A model generated the notes under the pieces. It saw only the letters and a list, made by a program, of their open reading frames with translations. It had not been told where the DNA came from and searched no databases. 16,046 nucleotides of DNA from Candidatus Thorarchaeota archaeon. GTDB taxonomy: Archaea > Asgardarchaeota > Thorarchaeia > Thorarchaeales > Thorarchaeaceae. Positions within the stretch are counted from its first letter, which is position 1. Every line of letters starts with the position of its first letter. Shown one piece after another: positions 13,957 to 16,046 of the stretch. The stretch is taken from assembly GCA_003345595.1 (NCBI GenBank), contig PRDI01000021.1, positions 1 to 16,046 on the forward strand, in the 5' to 3' direction. The position numbers and the translations under genes are program-made.

Positions 13957-16046
13957 ATGCCCCGGCCGGCTCTTGCTCTGGTGCTGTCTTGTCTTATTCT
14001 TCTGCCCTTCGGTCAGTTACCGACGTTCTCTGAAACCGAAGCAGAACGACAGATTGCCTTGGCTCCTGCAGACATAGTCCGGGATTGGACAATCCATATC
14101 GTGACAGTGGGCTACAGACATGACCTGATCAACTGGCCGACACTTCTCGCAGGTCTGCCGACTCAAAGGGACATCCCGTTTGGCAGCCAGACCATCATCT
14201 ACAATATCGGATATCAACTCTCTTTCGCAAACGACTCGTACCTCGAAGACGTCCGGGGAATCGTAATGTCCAACTCAGTAAATGGTTCTGAAACCGGCAC
14301 AGGGTTGGACGAGTCGAATCTCCTTTATCAGAAGGAGAATCCCGATGAGCCTCAATGTATCTTCCGCCCTAGGGCCGGGAGATGCATAGATGCTTATATT
14401 GTTGAAGACTGGCTCATCGCAAACCCCGCAGTCACTCCTCCTGCATTGGGCTATGTTCTGTACATGCTAAACTTCTCAGATCTCGACACGCCCGGACATG
14501 GCATTGAGCACTGGTACGACGCTCATCCAGTAGATACGGACAGCGGCCAGAAACAGGATTGGTTCAGACTCGAGTGGGATAACGCGCAGAATCCGAATGT
14601 CACTCTAGAGTATGCTGGCTTTGGAGGAAGGGGAAACATCTACGTCCTTGACCCTTCAGCCGATCAGTGGTATCTTCGCTGGGCTAGGATATGGTGGAGC
14701 GACCCGCCGTATGAGAATGAGTATGAACATTGCACCATGGACCTAGAGGACAAGGTGCAGTCTGTCGACCTGAGTACCTCCGCGGGCAGGGCATCTCTCA
14801 ACACGTACCTAGGCAACTATCTCTATGACCCAATCGCATATCTTATGATGCCCGGGCAGCACGCACCCGCCGCCTACGTCAACTCGGGACTGCTAAGGGT
14901 GCTTGTCTTCTGTATGGACGTGGCAGACGGCATTCCTGTTGAGAGCCTGACATGGATTACAAATGACGCAGTGCAAAGGGCGCACCTCAAGGAGCTCCTA
15001 CCGTTCATCCCGTGGCAGACAGAGATCGACTATCTCGATATCAATGACTTCCCCGTCTGGAAGACCCTGTTCTCGACTTACTCACAGGTCATAGATGGAA
15101 AGGTGATTGCCGATGGTGGCCCCATGTTTGACGCAATATATGAGCAGATGAGATGGCAGTATGTAGATCCGAGCGACCCAGACGTGAATGTGTTCGGCGT
15201 CGTTTTTGTGAAGAAGAACATGGAAATGCAAGTGTACGGCAGGACCTACACCGGTCTCGGGGGAGGTGGTCAGACGGTCGTGTGGAAAAGCTGGGAACGC
15301 TACTATCGTCCAGACAATGTCACCCCGAAAAGCGGGGTTTCCTCAACACAGCTCCACGAAACAATGCATGCAATGGGACTTGGTCACACATGGGACTACT
15401 ATCACTATGTGGCTGACTTCAGCTACAGTCCTCTGGGCTACTTCGGTTCTCACAACGGCACGTCAAGATTCGATCAGAACTGGGTGCAGAGCACATATCT
15501 CGACCAGATGGAGTTGGACCTGAGAAACTACTTCAGGTATTGTCTGAACCAATGTGCTTCGAGCACTCGCCCCGAAACCGCACTAGCAGAAACGAAGACC
15601 ATCGTGAGTCTCGATGAGGCCGTGGCCCTCTACGACCGAATGGACTGGCAGGGATGCTTCAGGAAACTGAGTGCCGCGCACGATTGGATAAGGAGGATGC
15701 TCTATTCGAGCGTGGATGACGAGGCACCCGTAGTCAGACATTGGGGAACAGTCCCAGAACCGCTCAACTTCTCAGCGTTTCTTGTTTGGGCTCAGGTCGA
15801 TGATGATTTCGCTGGTGTTGAGAACGTGACCGTACACGCTTTGGTCAATGGCATCTCAGAGCATGTGTTCGAGTGCGCATTTGATGGCGGCAACTGGACC
15901 GCAACACTCCTGGGCTTCGAAGACTCAGTCTCACTAGAGGTGTGGGTGGATGCATGGGACTGGGGAATGAACAGAGCCGAAACCCCACGGGTCACCTACA
16001 CCAGAGAAACAATGGAGGATTCCCTGAGGGGTGCTATCCTACTTGG
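13957..16046 (+). CDS. Secreted/membrane-anchored metzincin-type zinc metalloprotease with a C-terminal Ig-like domain (partial, >=696 aa)
   Basis: Not in ORF track. Manual translation is open from ATG 13957 to the window end. Signal-like MPRPALALVLSCLILLPFG, HETMHAMGLGH (HExxHxxGxxH, 15355-15387), Ig-like DDEAP...AWDWGMN, and it ends entering a hydrophobic stretch (GAILL). Confidence 0.85.
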   Translation, partial: MPRPALALVLSCLILLPFGQLPTFSETEAERQIALAPADIVRDWTIHIVTVGYRHDLINWPTLLAGLPTQRDIPFGSQTIIYNIGYQLSFANDSYLEDVRGIVMSNSVNGSETGTGLDESNLLYQKENPDEPQCIFRPRAGRCIDAYIVEDWLIANPAVTPPALGYVLYMLNFSDLDTPGHGIEHWYDAHPVDTDSGQKQDWFRLEWDNAQNPNVTLEYAGFGGRGNIYVLDPSADQWYLRWARIWWSDPPYENEYEHCTMDLEDKVQSVDLSTSAGRASLNTYLGNYLYDPIAYLMMPGQHAPAAYVNSGLLRVLVFCMDVADGIPVESLTWITNDAVQRAHLKELLPFIPWQTEIDYLDINDFPVWKTLFSTYSQVIDGKVIADGGPMFDAIYEQMRWQYVDPSDPDVNVFGVVFVKKNMEMQVYGRTYTGLGGGGQTVVWKSWERYYRPDNVTPKSGVSSTQLHETMHAMGLGHTWDYYHYVADFSYSPLGYFGSHNGTSRFDQNWVQSTYLDQMELDLRNYFRYCLNQCASSTRPETALAETKTIVSLDEAVALYDRMDWQGCFRKLSAAHDWIRRMLYSSVDDEAPVVRHWGTVPEPLNFSAFLVWAQVDDDFAGVENVTVHALVNGISEHVFECAFDGGNWTATLLGFEDSVSLEVWVDAWDWGMNRAETPRVTYTRETMEDSLRGAILL

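Noticed and set aside
61-15995. Numerous short antisense or alternate-frame ORFs in the track (e.g. 3059-3493, 4334-4828, 7151-7585, 14017-14217, 15153-15523)
   Set aside because: They lie within or overlap well-supported genes and have no motifs or RBS, so they are treated as shadow ORFs.
1-16046. CRISPR arrays, IS elements, tRNA/rRNA
   Set aside because: No regularly spaced DNA repeats, transposase/integrase motifs or RNA-gene signatures were seen. The window is almost fully protein-coding.

Overview
Archaeal-style DNA: GGAGGTG-type ribosome-binding sites, TATA-like boxes and heavily N-glycosylatable surface proteins. It is reminiscent of Asgard/Thorarchaeota genomes, though that assignment is inference. 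There are three blocks. (1) 1-2850, minus strand: a coupled FAD-oxidoreductase / CCG-type Fe-S oxidoreductase / FAD-oxidoreductase (partial) operon. (2) 3144-8084, plus strand: an arsenic-resistance-type cluster behind a TATA box and a candidate ArsR operator. It contains acr3, a stand-alone HdrA-N-terminal-like protein, a ferredoxin, a DGC-domain/GcvH lipoyl-carrier fusion, two more DGC proteins, an ArsD/thioredoxin-like protein, arsR and a lipoate-protein ligase, with no recognisable arsC, arsA or arsM. This is a candidate lipoyl-dependent arsenic-handling system. (3) 8254-16046, plus strand: a ~1869-aa surface protein with FG-GAP-like propellers, an Ig-like stalk and a predicted N-out/C-in 7-TM domain (adhesion-GPCR-like architecture). 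It is followed by a secreted metzincin-type protease gene that is missing from the ORF track because it runs off the window.
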